Below, one piece after another: positions 8,425-16,879 of a DNA stretch of 56,334 nucleotides. Source of the stretch: Acidimicrobiales bacterium (lineage in GTDB: Bacteria; Actinomycetota; Acidimicrobiia; Acidimicrobiales; CADCSY01); assembly GCA_038256565.1 (NCBI GenBank), contig JBBSKG010000002.1:1-56334 (forward strand), in the 5' to 3' direction. How positions within the stretch are numbered: the stretch's first letter is position 1; each line of letters starts with the position of its first letter. The notes under the pieces are model-generated. The model was not told the DNA's origin and made no database searches. It saw only the letters and a program-made list of their open reading frames with translations. The position numbers were made by a program, and so were the translations under genes.

Positions 8425-10335
8425 ATGCGAGCGGTGATGCGTCAAATTGGCCTTGCAGTGGTGTCCACGACCATCTTTGCGGGGCTGGTGGGGGTCATGC
8501 CGACGGCCTGGGGTGCCGCCGACCCTCCCGACATCGCCATCGCACAGCAGATCGCCGTGCCGTCGTATGTTCATCCGGGGGCTGACCCACAGGCATGGGA
8601 CGCGATGATCGGCGCCGACCCGGGAACGGTCGGCGTGCTGGTGGCAAACCCGTTGAACGGTCCCGACTACCAGCCGATGACGAGCTGGGGCACCGTGATG
8701 CAGCGGGCGCACAACGCCGGAATCCGGGTGCTGGGATATGTGTCGACCGGCTACCTCGGGGTGACAACGCCGGGGCTCACAAATCGGTTGGGCTCAACAG
8801 CGACCGAGGACTGGCTGTCGCAAATCCAACGGGACGTGACGGCCTGGTACGACTTCTACGGCACCGCAGTGGATGGCATCTTTTTTGACGAGATGCACAA
8901 CCAGTGCGGCCCCGGCTCGTCGAACGAGTGGGCCGACATCTACCGGATGCTGAACGACTGGCTGAAGCGGGAACACCCGGGGGCCTTCACGGTCGGCAAC
9001 CCCGGGACAGGTCCCGCTCCGTGCTACGAGGATGTCTTTGACGTGCTGCTCACGTTCGAGGGCTCCTACGGCGCCTACTCGGGCAACCCGCCGACAGGTG
9101 AGCCGGCGTACACGCCGATGAGCTGGACGCCGAGCGACCCGCGCAAGATCTGGCACCTTGTCTACAACGCACCCAACCGGCAGGCTATGGAGAGCGCCGT
9201 CAAGCTGAGCAAGGAGCGGGGCGCCGGTTGGACTTACGTGACCGACGATGTGTTGGCCAACCCGTGGGACTCGATCCCCATGGCGTATTGGGACAACGAG
9301 CAGGACGCGACCGCTCCGGGTGGGTCCCCGGGCACCGTGCCGCCGTCGGTGCCGAACAACCTGTCGGCCTCCATGGTCGACGCGCGGTCGGTAACGGTGG
9401 CGTGGCCGGCATCGACGGGGGTATCCGCACAACCGACGGGCTATGACGTTTATCGGGACGGGGTGTGGATCGGCGCAGCGGGCGCGACGGACCCCTCGTT
9501 CACGGATCGCTCGGTGTCGTCCTCGACGACCTACGGCTATCAGGTGGCGGCACGGGACCGGGCGGCCAACGTGTCGGCACTGAGCGCGGTGTTGCAGGTC
9601 ACGACTGATCCGACGACGTCGGCTTCGCCCACGGCGCCAAGTCTGTTGGAGGAGCACACGGAGCACACAAGCACATCGCTCACCTGGACGGCCTCCACCG
9701 ACACAGACGACGCCGTGGTCGCCTACGAGGTGGTCCAGGACGGCAAGCCGGTGATCACCTTGTCGGCGTCGATGACCTCGTTGACGGTGGGTGGTCTGCT
9801 GCCGGCGGCGAGCTACAGCTTCAACGTGCAGGCGCTCGACGCGTCTGGAAACCGTTCCGCACGCTCTAACGCTATAGCCGTGTCCACGCCGCCGACGCCC
9901 GAAGGGAACGCCGTGGCCGACCCCTCATCGTCGGTATCGGGGTCGACGATCAGCTACACCGCGACCTTCTACGTCCCCTTCGCATTTCGCCACGTCTTCA
10001 TCCGCACCGACGAGACATCGAACCCGTGCTGGCAGACCGCCAGCAGCCGACAGTTGTGCGCCGACTACATGCTCGAGAACAACAAGCTCCTCAAGTACGC
10101 GGGAGGAGGGACCGACTTCACGTGGACGCCGATAACTGACGTCGTGCCCACGATGGACGGCTACACCTACACCTGGGACGTCGATCTGGCCGACTTGGGC
10201 CAACCGACCCTCCAGTCGTGGGTGTTCAACGGCAACGGTTACGCTCCGAGTGCGTACACGAGCACGTGCCTCGTGGAGAGCGTCCGCCTCGCCTGGTGGC
10301 TACCACGGTACTGGAGCCCCCAGATCTGCGGATGA
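8425..10335 (+). CDS. Secreted spherulation-specific family 4 (spherulin-4-like) protein with two fibronectin type III domains and a C-terminal domain of unknown function
   Basis: Signal-peptide-like MRAVMRQIGLAVVSTTIFAGLVGVMPTAWGA from ATG 8425; the track start 8248 lies inside the neighbouring gene. VPSYVHPG...LVANPLNGPDY...VLGYVSTGY...VDGIFFDEM matches the spherulin-4 pattern. There are two FN3-like repeats (SVTVAWPAS...YGYQVAARD and TSLTWTAS...YSFNVQALD). Confidence 0.65.
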   Translation: MRAVMRQIGLAVVSTTIFAGLVGVMPTAWGAADPPDIAIAQQIAVPSYVHPGADPQAWDAMIGADPGTVGVLVANPLNGPDYQPMTSWGTVMQRAHNAGIRVLGYVSTGYLGVTTPGLTNRLGSTATEDWLSQIQRDVTAWYDFYGTAVDGIFFDEMHNQCGPGSSNEWADIYRMLNDWLKREHPGAFTVGNPGTGPAPCYEDVFDVLLTFEGSYGAYSGNPPTGEPAYTPMSWTPSDPRKIWHLVYNAPNRQAMESAVKLSKERGAGWTYVTDDVLANPWDSIPMAYWDNEQDATAPGGSPGTVPPSVPNNLSASMVDARSVTVAWPASTGVSAQPTGYDVYRDGVWIGAAGATDPSFTDRSVSSSTTYGYQVAARDRAANVSALSAVLQVTTDPTTSASPTAPSLLEEHTEHTSTSLTWTASTDTDDAVVAYEVVQDGKPVITLSASMTSLTVGGLLPAASYSFNVQALDASGNRSARSNAIAVSTPPTPEGNAVADPSSSVSGSTISYTATFYVPFAFRHVFIRTDETSNPCWQTASSRQLCADYMLENNKLLKYAGGGTDFTWTPITDVVPTMDGYTYTWDVDLADLGQPTLQSWVFNGNGYAPSAYTSTCLVESVRLAWWLPRYWSPQICG

Positions 10336-10663
10336 TGTCGCAAGCCGGCCCCGGCTGATACCTCAGAACAAAAGGGGGTCGGTCAGATCGAGGAACTCCG
10401 TATTCTGCATCCAGTCCGACGACTCGGCCATCGCTGCCTGCAGCTCGGCGGGCATCTCCACCTGCTCCCCGGAGCGGGCGGCATCGATGGAATCCTTCGC
10501 GCGAATGTACTCCCGCGAGGACGCTGCCACAATGGTCAAAACGTGTCTGGAGCGACGACATCGATCTCGGGCGGAGACTTCCGCGTATCAAAAGCAGGGG
10601 CACGCGGGTCTCTTCTTGGTGGTTTGATCGTCAAACCCCAAGCACCGAGATACGGAGGATGGC

Positions 10664-11047
10664 ATGGCAACCAGGAAAGCGCCTACCGGCACGCCCCGCA
10701 GGAAACCGACTGCCACGGACAAGCAGCCGAAACCCGGAAAGCCCGACCTCGGTCCGGTCTCGGAGCAACTTGGACCCCGGTTGCGCAAGGAGCTCGAGCT
10801 CGTTGCGAAGTCCGAAAAGGTCATCATGAAAGGCCTTGCCGACAAGGATCTCAATCGTCAGTTTCTTGTTGACCCCGCAGGAGCCCTACAAGGCATGGGC
10901 GTCGAGCTGCCGCCCATCCTGAAGGGACGCCTGAAGACACGCACCGAGCTCCCCGATCTGATGGGTCCTCAGGCGTTCCGTCTGCCTGATGGCCAGGTGG
11001 TCACCGCAAATGTCAACGTCCGCTTCACCGCCCGGCAGGAGGGCTGA
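10664..11047 (+). CDS. Hypothetical small protein with a basic Pro/Lys/Thr-rich N-terminus and a helical segment reminiscent of nitrile-hydratase-type leader (NHLP) domains
   Basis: 127 aa. GGAGGA lies 5 nt upstream of ATG 10664. VIMKGLADKDLNRQFLVDPAGALQGMGVELP resembles the NHLP pattern, recalled from memory and not verified. Its stop TGA 11045..11047 is 1 nt from the next ATG. Confidence 0.5.
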   Translation: MATRKAPTGTPRRKPTATDKQPKPGKPDLGPVSEQLGPRLRKELELVAKSEKVIMKGLADKDLNRQFLVDPAGALQGMGVELPPILKGRLKTRTELPDLMGPQAFRLPDGQVVTANVNVRFTARQEG

Positions 11048-11048
11048 C

Positions 11049-13352
11049 ATGGCCGGAACCGAAACCCACGGCTATGACCTGGCAATCGAATTCGCCGAGC
11101 AGGCATGCCGTGACATCGTGTCTGCCTTCTTTGACAGTGACGGTGTGCTGTCCGACCTGCTCAATGGCATAGGCGCACCCTCGGGGGTCGCCGATGCGTT
11201 CACCATTGTGCTCGGCTTCGACCGCCCGTCCGGCGTTCCCGCGAGCAATCCCGACGTTGTCGACATCCAGGTCCTGTTGGGCGAAGGCGCAACCGGGTCG
11301 CTGGGTCACCTGCGCATTGTCGCGGGCATCGACGTGGAGCCGACGGCAGCGCTGGATGTCGTTCAAATCGACCTGGCCAATCGCCTGCACCGTACCGAGC
11401 TGGAGATCACCGGCCTGCCCGGACCGGCGAACACTGCTCTCAACGTCCTGTTTCGAAACGCGCTGCGCGACACCATTCGGACCATCCCCCTGGTGCCCAT
11501 CCCGGTCGATCGCGGATCGACATCGCCGACGACCATCATCGCCGGCGACGCACGAGTGGTCGACGACACAACGGCGGCCGACGCCGACGCGGCTGCCTTC
11601 CTGCTCACCTTCGGAGGCGGAGCCGCCGGCAACCGCAATGCCTTCACCCGCAGCTTTCTGGCGGCTGGCGACACCGGCGGCATCGCCATCTCGTTCGACT
11701 GGTTGTGCCGGGTGATCAGCCCGCTCATCGACGCATCCCTCGACCTCGACGGGGCATTCACCAACTGCGGGCTCACTCGTACCGTTCGCATCGACGACGA
11801 TAAGGAGGTCGACCTCACCGCACTCTCACTTTCGCTCGACACCGACTTCATCCGGGTCGCGGCAACGGTGAGAAAGACAGGCTTTTGCTATGAGGCGACC
11901 GGCGCCGTAGCGGCCCGGATCCGCATGGAAGTGGTAGGCGGAGAGCTGCTGGTGAGCGCCGAGGTGGAGAACCCCGATGTCGACGTCGACATCCCGTGGT
12001 ATTGCTGGCTTGCGGGCGCGGTCATCGGCGCGATCGTGGCCGGGGTCATTGGCGCAGTTCTCGTGCCGCTCATCATCTACATCGCACAGGAGGTCGTCGA
12101 GGGAACGATCAACAGCGTTGCGGCGCGCGTTGCCGAAGCCATCAACTCCCTCAACATCAGCGCCACCCTGCCCGTGCCCGGTGTCAATCTCGTGTTTCAA
12201 CGGGTGTTCATCGATGACGTGACCGTCGGGTGTGATGTCGCCGTCAGTGATCACGTGCCGGTGAGGTCGGAGGGCATCATCCGGCTCGGAAGCGGGATGG
12301 CCGTCGACCTCGACAGCGGACGGGTGGGACCCTTGGACCTGCCAAGCGCCGATGTCATCTGTGTCGGACGACTCTTCGGGCGACAGCTGCGGGCAACCTG
12401 TGGAGCCCGCCTGGCTCGTACGGATCTCCACCGAACAGATGGGTTGATGCGCTCAACGCTGTACGGCTTTGCCTACACCGCGCCGAACCCCGTTCCGGTC
12501 GACGAGCTCGCACAGCTCAACCCGTGGGGCATGTTGTTCGGCGATCCGTATGAGGAGAGTCGACGGGTCTACGCGGTTCACACCAATGAGGGTCGCTACG
12601 CGGTCGTGCAGGCAATCGAGGTCGAGCACGACACGATCACCCTCCGGTATCGCACGTGGGAAAAGCGCGTGCCGACACTCGAGATCCAAGGCGAGTTTCG
12701 ATGCGAGCAGGGCCCGAGGGTTCGCCCGAATGACGTGCGTTTCGTGCCCTCGGCAGCGTTGGCAAGTGTTGCCGGCCGAGCGGGCCAACACCCATTGCAC
12801 GACGCGACGGACACCGGCGCCGGTGCGGCGCCTGATCCCTGTGCGCCCCTGACAGGAGTCGTCCGCTCGATGCTTCCACCTGCTCTCGTCGAGGAGGAGG
12901 CACTCCGGGCCATACCGTTCGCCGAGCGTCGCATCGGCCGCTGGGTCGGCGCCGGCGCCATCCGGTCTTACGGTGTTGGACGTTTCGACGCGATCACCCA
13001 GGGGTTCGGGTCGGATCTCAAGGTCTGGTGGTCGATCAACGACACCGCGCTTGTCGAGCCCGAGGGTGACATCCCGCTTCCCGGCGCGGGTTTGCACTAT
13101 CAGGTCAACGGCAAACGGCTCGTCGTCACACCGCGAGCGGAGAAAGAGGTCGAGTTCCTGCTCACGGCGACCGCTGTCGACGAGGCCGGCCTGACGCTGA
13201 CCGTCCGGCGGTGCGTACGGTATCAACCGATCTGCAAAACCCTCGACGTTCGTGATACTCCCAAATGGACCGAATACCAGACCGCATGGCTCACGAACTT
13301 CGGGGTCGTCAACGTTCCGGTGGCCCAGCACGGTAGGGACTCGCACTCGTAA
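11049..13352 (+). CDS. Hypothetical 767-aa protein with one central transmembrane segment
   Basis: Long GC3-rich ORF. I chose ATG 11049 because it lies directly after the upstream stop. The hydrophobic segment is WYCWLAGAVIGAIVAGVIGAVLVPLIIYIA. I recognise no catalytic motif. Confidence 0.6.
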   Translation: MAGTETHGYDLAIEFAEQACRDIVSAFFDSDGVLSDLLNGIGAPSGVADAFTIVLGFDRPSGVPASNPDVVDIQVLLGEGATGSLGHLRIVAGIDVEPTAALDVVQIDLANRLHRTELEITGLPGPANTALNVLFRNALRDTIRTIPLVPIPVDRGSTSPTTIIAGDARVVDDTTAADADAAAFLLTFGGGAAGNRNAFTRSFLAAGDTGGIAISFDWLCRVISPLIDASLDLDGAFTNCGLTRTVRIDDDKEVDLTALSLSLDTDFIRVAATVRKTGFCYEATGAVAARIRMEVVGGELLVSAEVENPDVDVDIPWYCWLAGAVIGAIVAGVIGAVLVPLIIYIAQEVVEGTINSVAARVAEAINSLNISATLPVPGVNLVFQRVFIDDVTVGCDVAVSDHVPVRSEGIIRLGSGMAVDLDSGRVGPLDLPSADVICVGRLFGRQLRATCGARLARTDLHRTDGLMRSTLYGFAYTAPNPVPVDELAQLNPWGMLFGDPYEESRRVYAVHTNEGRYAVVQAIEVEHDTITLRYRTWEKRVPTLEIQGEFRCEQGPRVRPNDVRFVPSAALASVAGRAGQHPLHDATDTGAGAAPDPCAPLTGVVRSMLPPALVEEEALRAIPFAERRIGRWVGAGAIRSYGVGRFDAITQGFGSDLKVWWSINDTALVEPEGDIPLPGAGLHYQVNGKRLVVTPRAEKEVEFLLTATAVDEAGLTLTVRRCVRYQPICKTLDVRDTPKWTEYQTAWLTNFGVVNVPVAQHGRDSHS

Positions 13353-13448
13353 GGGAGGATCGCACAGGTCTGTTGCCCAAGAAGTGAGGAAGGTGTCCGC
13401 CGGCCACGGACCGAAACGATCTCCGACACTAACTAAGCGGTATTGGGG

Positions 13449-14738
13449 TTAGCCCGATCTCTGAGTTCCGACCTTGAGATCGCGGAAGGCGACATCTTTG
13501 TCGACAGAGGGTTCGCGGGGGAGTCCCAGGACGCGTTCACCGATGATGTTGCGCTGAATCTGGTCCGATCCACCGGCAATCGCGATGGATGGGCTCGACA
13601 ACGTCAGCATCTGCATTGCTCCGTTGAGAGGGGCATCGCTGCCGTTGAGCATGCCATGCGCGCCGATGATGCTCATGCCGAGATCACGTGCGGCTCGCAT
13701 GAGGTTGGCGGCGGCGAGCTTGCCGGTCGAGGTCTCGGGGCCGGGACGTCCCCCCGCCTGGATGGCAGCCTTCGCCCGCAGGGTGGTGTAGCGGGCGATC
13801 TCCTCGAGCGAATGCAGCTGAGCGAGACCTTGACGCACCACGGGGTCATCGGTCTTGCCCATCGACGCCGCGAGTTGGCGAGTCATCTTGGCCGAACGTC
13901 CGAAGAAGGCCATGGACGACGACCCCTCGGCCTTGGGGCCCTTTCCTTCGAGGATGTCACCTACGCGCATGTCGAGCAGACCCGCCTTCTCACCGGGCGC
14001 GCCTCCTGCACCCATCAGACTGCCGCCACCACCGATGCCCGAGCGCTCGAATGCCAGCGTGGTCACGGCAACACCCCATCCCGCATCCTGGTCGCCGATG
14101 ATGTTGGCGTGCGCCACTCGGGCGTCGGTGAAGAACACCTCGTTGAACTGGGAGGCACCGTTCATCTGCTTGAGGGGGCGAATCTCGATGCCCGGCTGGT
14201 CCATGTCGATGATGAAGTAGGTGATGCCGCGATGCTTGGGTGCATCGATGTTGGTGCGGGCGACGAGCATGCCGCGGTCGGCAATCTGTGCGCCGGAGGT
14301 CCACACTTTCTGGCCGTTGATGATCCACTCATCGCCGTCCCTGACCGCTCGAGTCTGGAGACTAGCGAGGTCTGAGCCTGCGCCGGGCTCACTGAAGAGT
14401 TGACACCATGCCTCTGCCCCGGTGGCGAGCGGACGAAGGTAGCGCTCCCTTTGCTCGTCGGTCGCATGGTTGATGATCGTCGGCGCAGCGAGACCCTGGC
14501 CAAGTCCTCCGGGAGGTCCGAGTGCTCCAGCCTGGGCGAGTTCGTCACGCACTATGCCAACGAGTTCGCCTGAGAGTCCTTTGCCGAACCAGTCAGCTGG
14601 CCACGTAGGAAAGCCCCAACCCGACTCCCCAAGCGTTTTCCACCATGCCCGCAAGGTGAGATCTGGGTTCCAGTTGGCCTTAAGCCATGCCTGAACGTCA
14701 CTTCGAACGGCCGCTTCTTCTGTACTTGCAACTTCCAT
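13449..14738 (-). CDS. Acyl-CoA dehydrogenase family protein
   Basis: 429 aa. [40 protein letters not shown] and the C-terminal [19 protein letters not shown] are typical ACAD motifs. Confidence 0.9.
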   Translation of the reverse strand: [429 protein letters not shown]

Positions 14739-14911
14739 TAGTTCATCCCCCTAATAGGACACTCGCAGACGTCCTACACGGGTCATCCCGTGTTCTGCGG
14801 CGCTCCTGAAACAGGGACTCTACCGCGGGCCCGGTCCGGCTGGTAGTCCTGATTTCATGCCACCTGTGCTGCGGAGCGATGCCACGCAGTCGGGGCGCTC
14901 GGCGCTTTTCA

Positions 14912-15793
14912 TCAAGTGCGGTTTGGTGTTCCTCCAGGCGAAGACCGGTGGGACGAATCGTTTGGCGACACCAAGGTGACTGGAGGCTCCGGTCGCTGCG
15001 GAGGGGAATAGCAAACCTGATCTGCATTGGCATAGTGCGCCAGACGTGCAGTGGAAACAGCGTGCTCCAAGAGGGTGGCTGCATCTTCACCGCCACCGGG
15101 GAAATAGGCCACACCAATGTGAACACGTACCATCACCTTCGTTTCGCCCAAGTCGAAGGGTCGGTTCAATGCGGCCTGCACCCGGCCAGCGGCAATGACT
15201 GCGCCTTCAATGCCGTCGACCACGGGCAACAGCATACCCAGGTGCTCGTCATCGAGGCGCGCCACTACGTCGGCATCACGAAGCTCGGCAGTGATTTGAT
15301 CTCCCAGCACGCTGAGTAAAAGCTCGGCGTTTTCGCCCCCGTTGATTTTTTTGATCTCGTTGAATCCAGCGATCTCGATGGCGACCACGCTGAGGCCGAG
15401 GTGGTGACGCCGTGCCGTTTTGAGCGCTTGTTCGATGTGTTCCATGAGAAGCCGGCGACTCGAAAGACTGGTCCGTTTGTCATGAAGAACCAGGTCGCTG
15501 AGTTGCTCCTCGACTTCTGAGCGATAGTCAAGCTCAGCGATGAGCTCATGCCAACGTCGCCAGAGAAAGAGAGCAAATATTGCAGGGATGAGTGAGAGCA
15601 GAAAGGCCAGCAGATCAACCTGAAGCGATTCCCTCAATTCGCTGGCCCCCGGATTAATCAGGTTTTCGAACGCTTTCAGTTTGAAGATGACAAGCAGAAT
15701 GATCCCGGTGACCAGTGCCAACAACGGGATATCCCGCTTTGCACGATTCCGTAGTATCTGCCTTGGGGAATCTTTCATCTCTTTGACCTTCAC
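14912..15793 (-). CDS. Membrane-anchored GGDEF-domain protein with a degenerate active site
   Basis: Two N-terminal hydrophobic segments are followed by a GGDEF-fold pattern (HDKRTSLSSRR...VVAIEIAGFNEIKK...RDADVVARLDDEHLG). DDEHL occupies the GG(D/E)EF position. An RxxD (RDAD) lies 5 residues upstream of it. Confidence 0.7.
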   Translation of the reverse strand: MKVKEMKDSPRQILRNRAKRDIPLLALVTGIILLVIFKLKAFENLINPGASELRESLQVDLLAFLLSLIPAIFALFLWRRWHELIAELDYRSEVEEQLSDLVLHDKRTSLSSRRLLMEHIEQALKTARRHHLGLSVVAIEIAGFNEIKKINGGENAELLLSVLGDQITAELRDADVVARLDDEHLGMLLPVVDGIEGAVIAAGRVQAALNRPFDLGETKVMVRVHIGVAYFPGGGEDAATLLEHAVSTARLAHYANADQVCYSPPQRPEPPVTLVSPNDSSHRSSPGGTPNRT

Positions 15794-16145
15794 TACTTCC
15801 TTGAGCTTGCAGCCGAGTGGCTCCTTGCCTCAAGGATCGTCGCGAGGTGCACTGTCCTTGAGCAAATATCGGCCAAGGACAACTATTTCTTAGTTTTTCG
15901 ATCCAAATAACCGCCTGATCATGAGTGCTTCTCGTCCATATCACCAAGCAAGCGTCGAAGCTTGCGCACATCTCGCACCGACAGCGACCCGACGAAACTG
16001 GCCAAGAGTTCGATCGAACGGCTCGGGAGACCCCCCTTCAGGGTCGCAGCCTCGGTCGCTTTCGCCCTGTGTCGTCGAAGAGTTGGCGGTCGTGCTCTGC
16101 CAGTCGATCCCCCATGTTGGCTATGTGCAGGTGGTACTGACCGAA

Positions 16146-16412
16146 ATGAGCAAGCGCACCTTCATCGGGCTCTCGGGTCGCCGTTATTCAGGCGAGGAGA
16201 TCATTTCCTCGCTGTGGGACGCCGCCATGGCCGACTCCATGGGTGTGCTCGAGGACCAGAACCGAATGTTCGTGCTTTCCGAGGTTGAGCGTGCTCTCGA
16301 AGGCAAACCCAATGGTAGGGACCTTCTCGAAGAGTTCCACCGACTCGGTGACATCCGCCCTGGAGCTGACGGAACCTTCGGAGGGGCCACGGCGAAGGTT
16401 GTCAAGTACTGA
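16146..16412 (+). CDS. Hypothetical protein; the start is uncertain (alternative GTG at 16092)
   Basis: The distal part of ORF 15921..16412 (MSKRTFIGLSG...LEEFHRLGDIRPGADGTFGGATAKVVKY) has protein-like composition, while the proximal part does not. I recognise no family. Confidence 0.3.
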   Translation: MSKRTFIGLSGRRYSGEEIISSLWDAAMADSMGVLEDQNRMFVLSEVERALEGKPNGRDLLEEFHRLGDIRPGADGTFGGATAKVVKY

Positions 16413-16494
16413 CCCGAGTGCCAGCGACCCCCCGGAGGTTTCGGGTGGCGGCACTAGATTGCATCGAATGACCAGGGGAGTATCGTCAAGGGCG

Positions 16495-16815
16495 ATGCAT
16501 ATGATGGTATTTTCCCCGGCCGAGATCCAAACTCGTCTCGTAGACTTGGAAGGTTGGTCGGTAGTTGAGGGCAAGCTTCACAAGGAATATGAGTTCGCTG
16601 ATTTTAAGGCCGCCTTTGCCTTTATGACGGTTGTGGCTGACGCAGCCGAGCGCCTCGACCACCACCCCGACTGGTCTAACGCTTGGAATAGGGTTGTGAT
16701 CGACATTGTGAGTCATGCGGCTGGTGGCATCACAGAAACCTGTTTTCGTCTCGCCGAGGAGGCTGAGAGGGCGATTATGGTGAAAAAATCCCAAGAAGGG
16801 CATTTCGAGACCTGA
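16495..16815 (+). CDS. 4a-hydroxytetrahydrobiopterin (pterin-4-alpha-carbinolamine) dehydratase
   Basis: LEGWSVVEGKLHKEYEFADFKAAFAFMTVVADAAERLDHHPDWSNAWNRV contains the DHHPDW signature. The start is one of ATG 16495, 16501 or 16504. Confidence 0.85.
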   Translation: MHMMVFSPAEIQTRLVDLEGWSVVEGKLHKEYEFADFKAAFAFMTVVADAAERLDHHPDWSNAWNRVVIDIVSHAAGGITETCFRLAEEAERAIMVKKSQEGHFET

Positions 16816-16879
16816 GGAGTATCCTTGCGTGCGCCTCTATGGCTTGCAAACGGAAAGGACTGGGATTGCATTGGTAACT

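Noticed and set aside
8794-9666. 290-aa ORF antisense to the spherulin-4/FN3 gene. Similar long antisense or overlapping ORFs occur at 12453..13346, 13443..14375, 23787..25247, 11826..12431 and 10226..10603.
   Set aside because: They are Arg/Pro/Gly-rich with low-complexity composition, carry no recognisable motifs, and lie entirely inside better-supported genes. These are typical shadow ORFs of GC-rich DNA.
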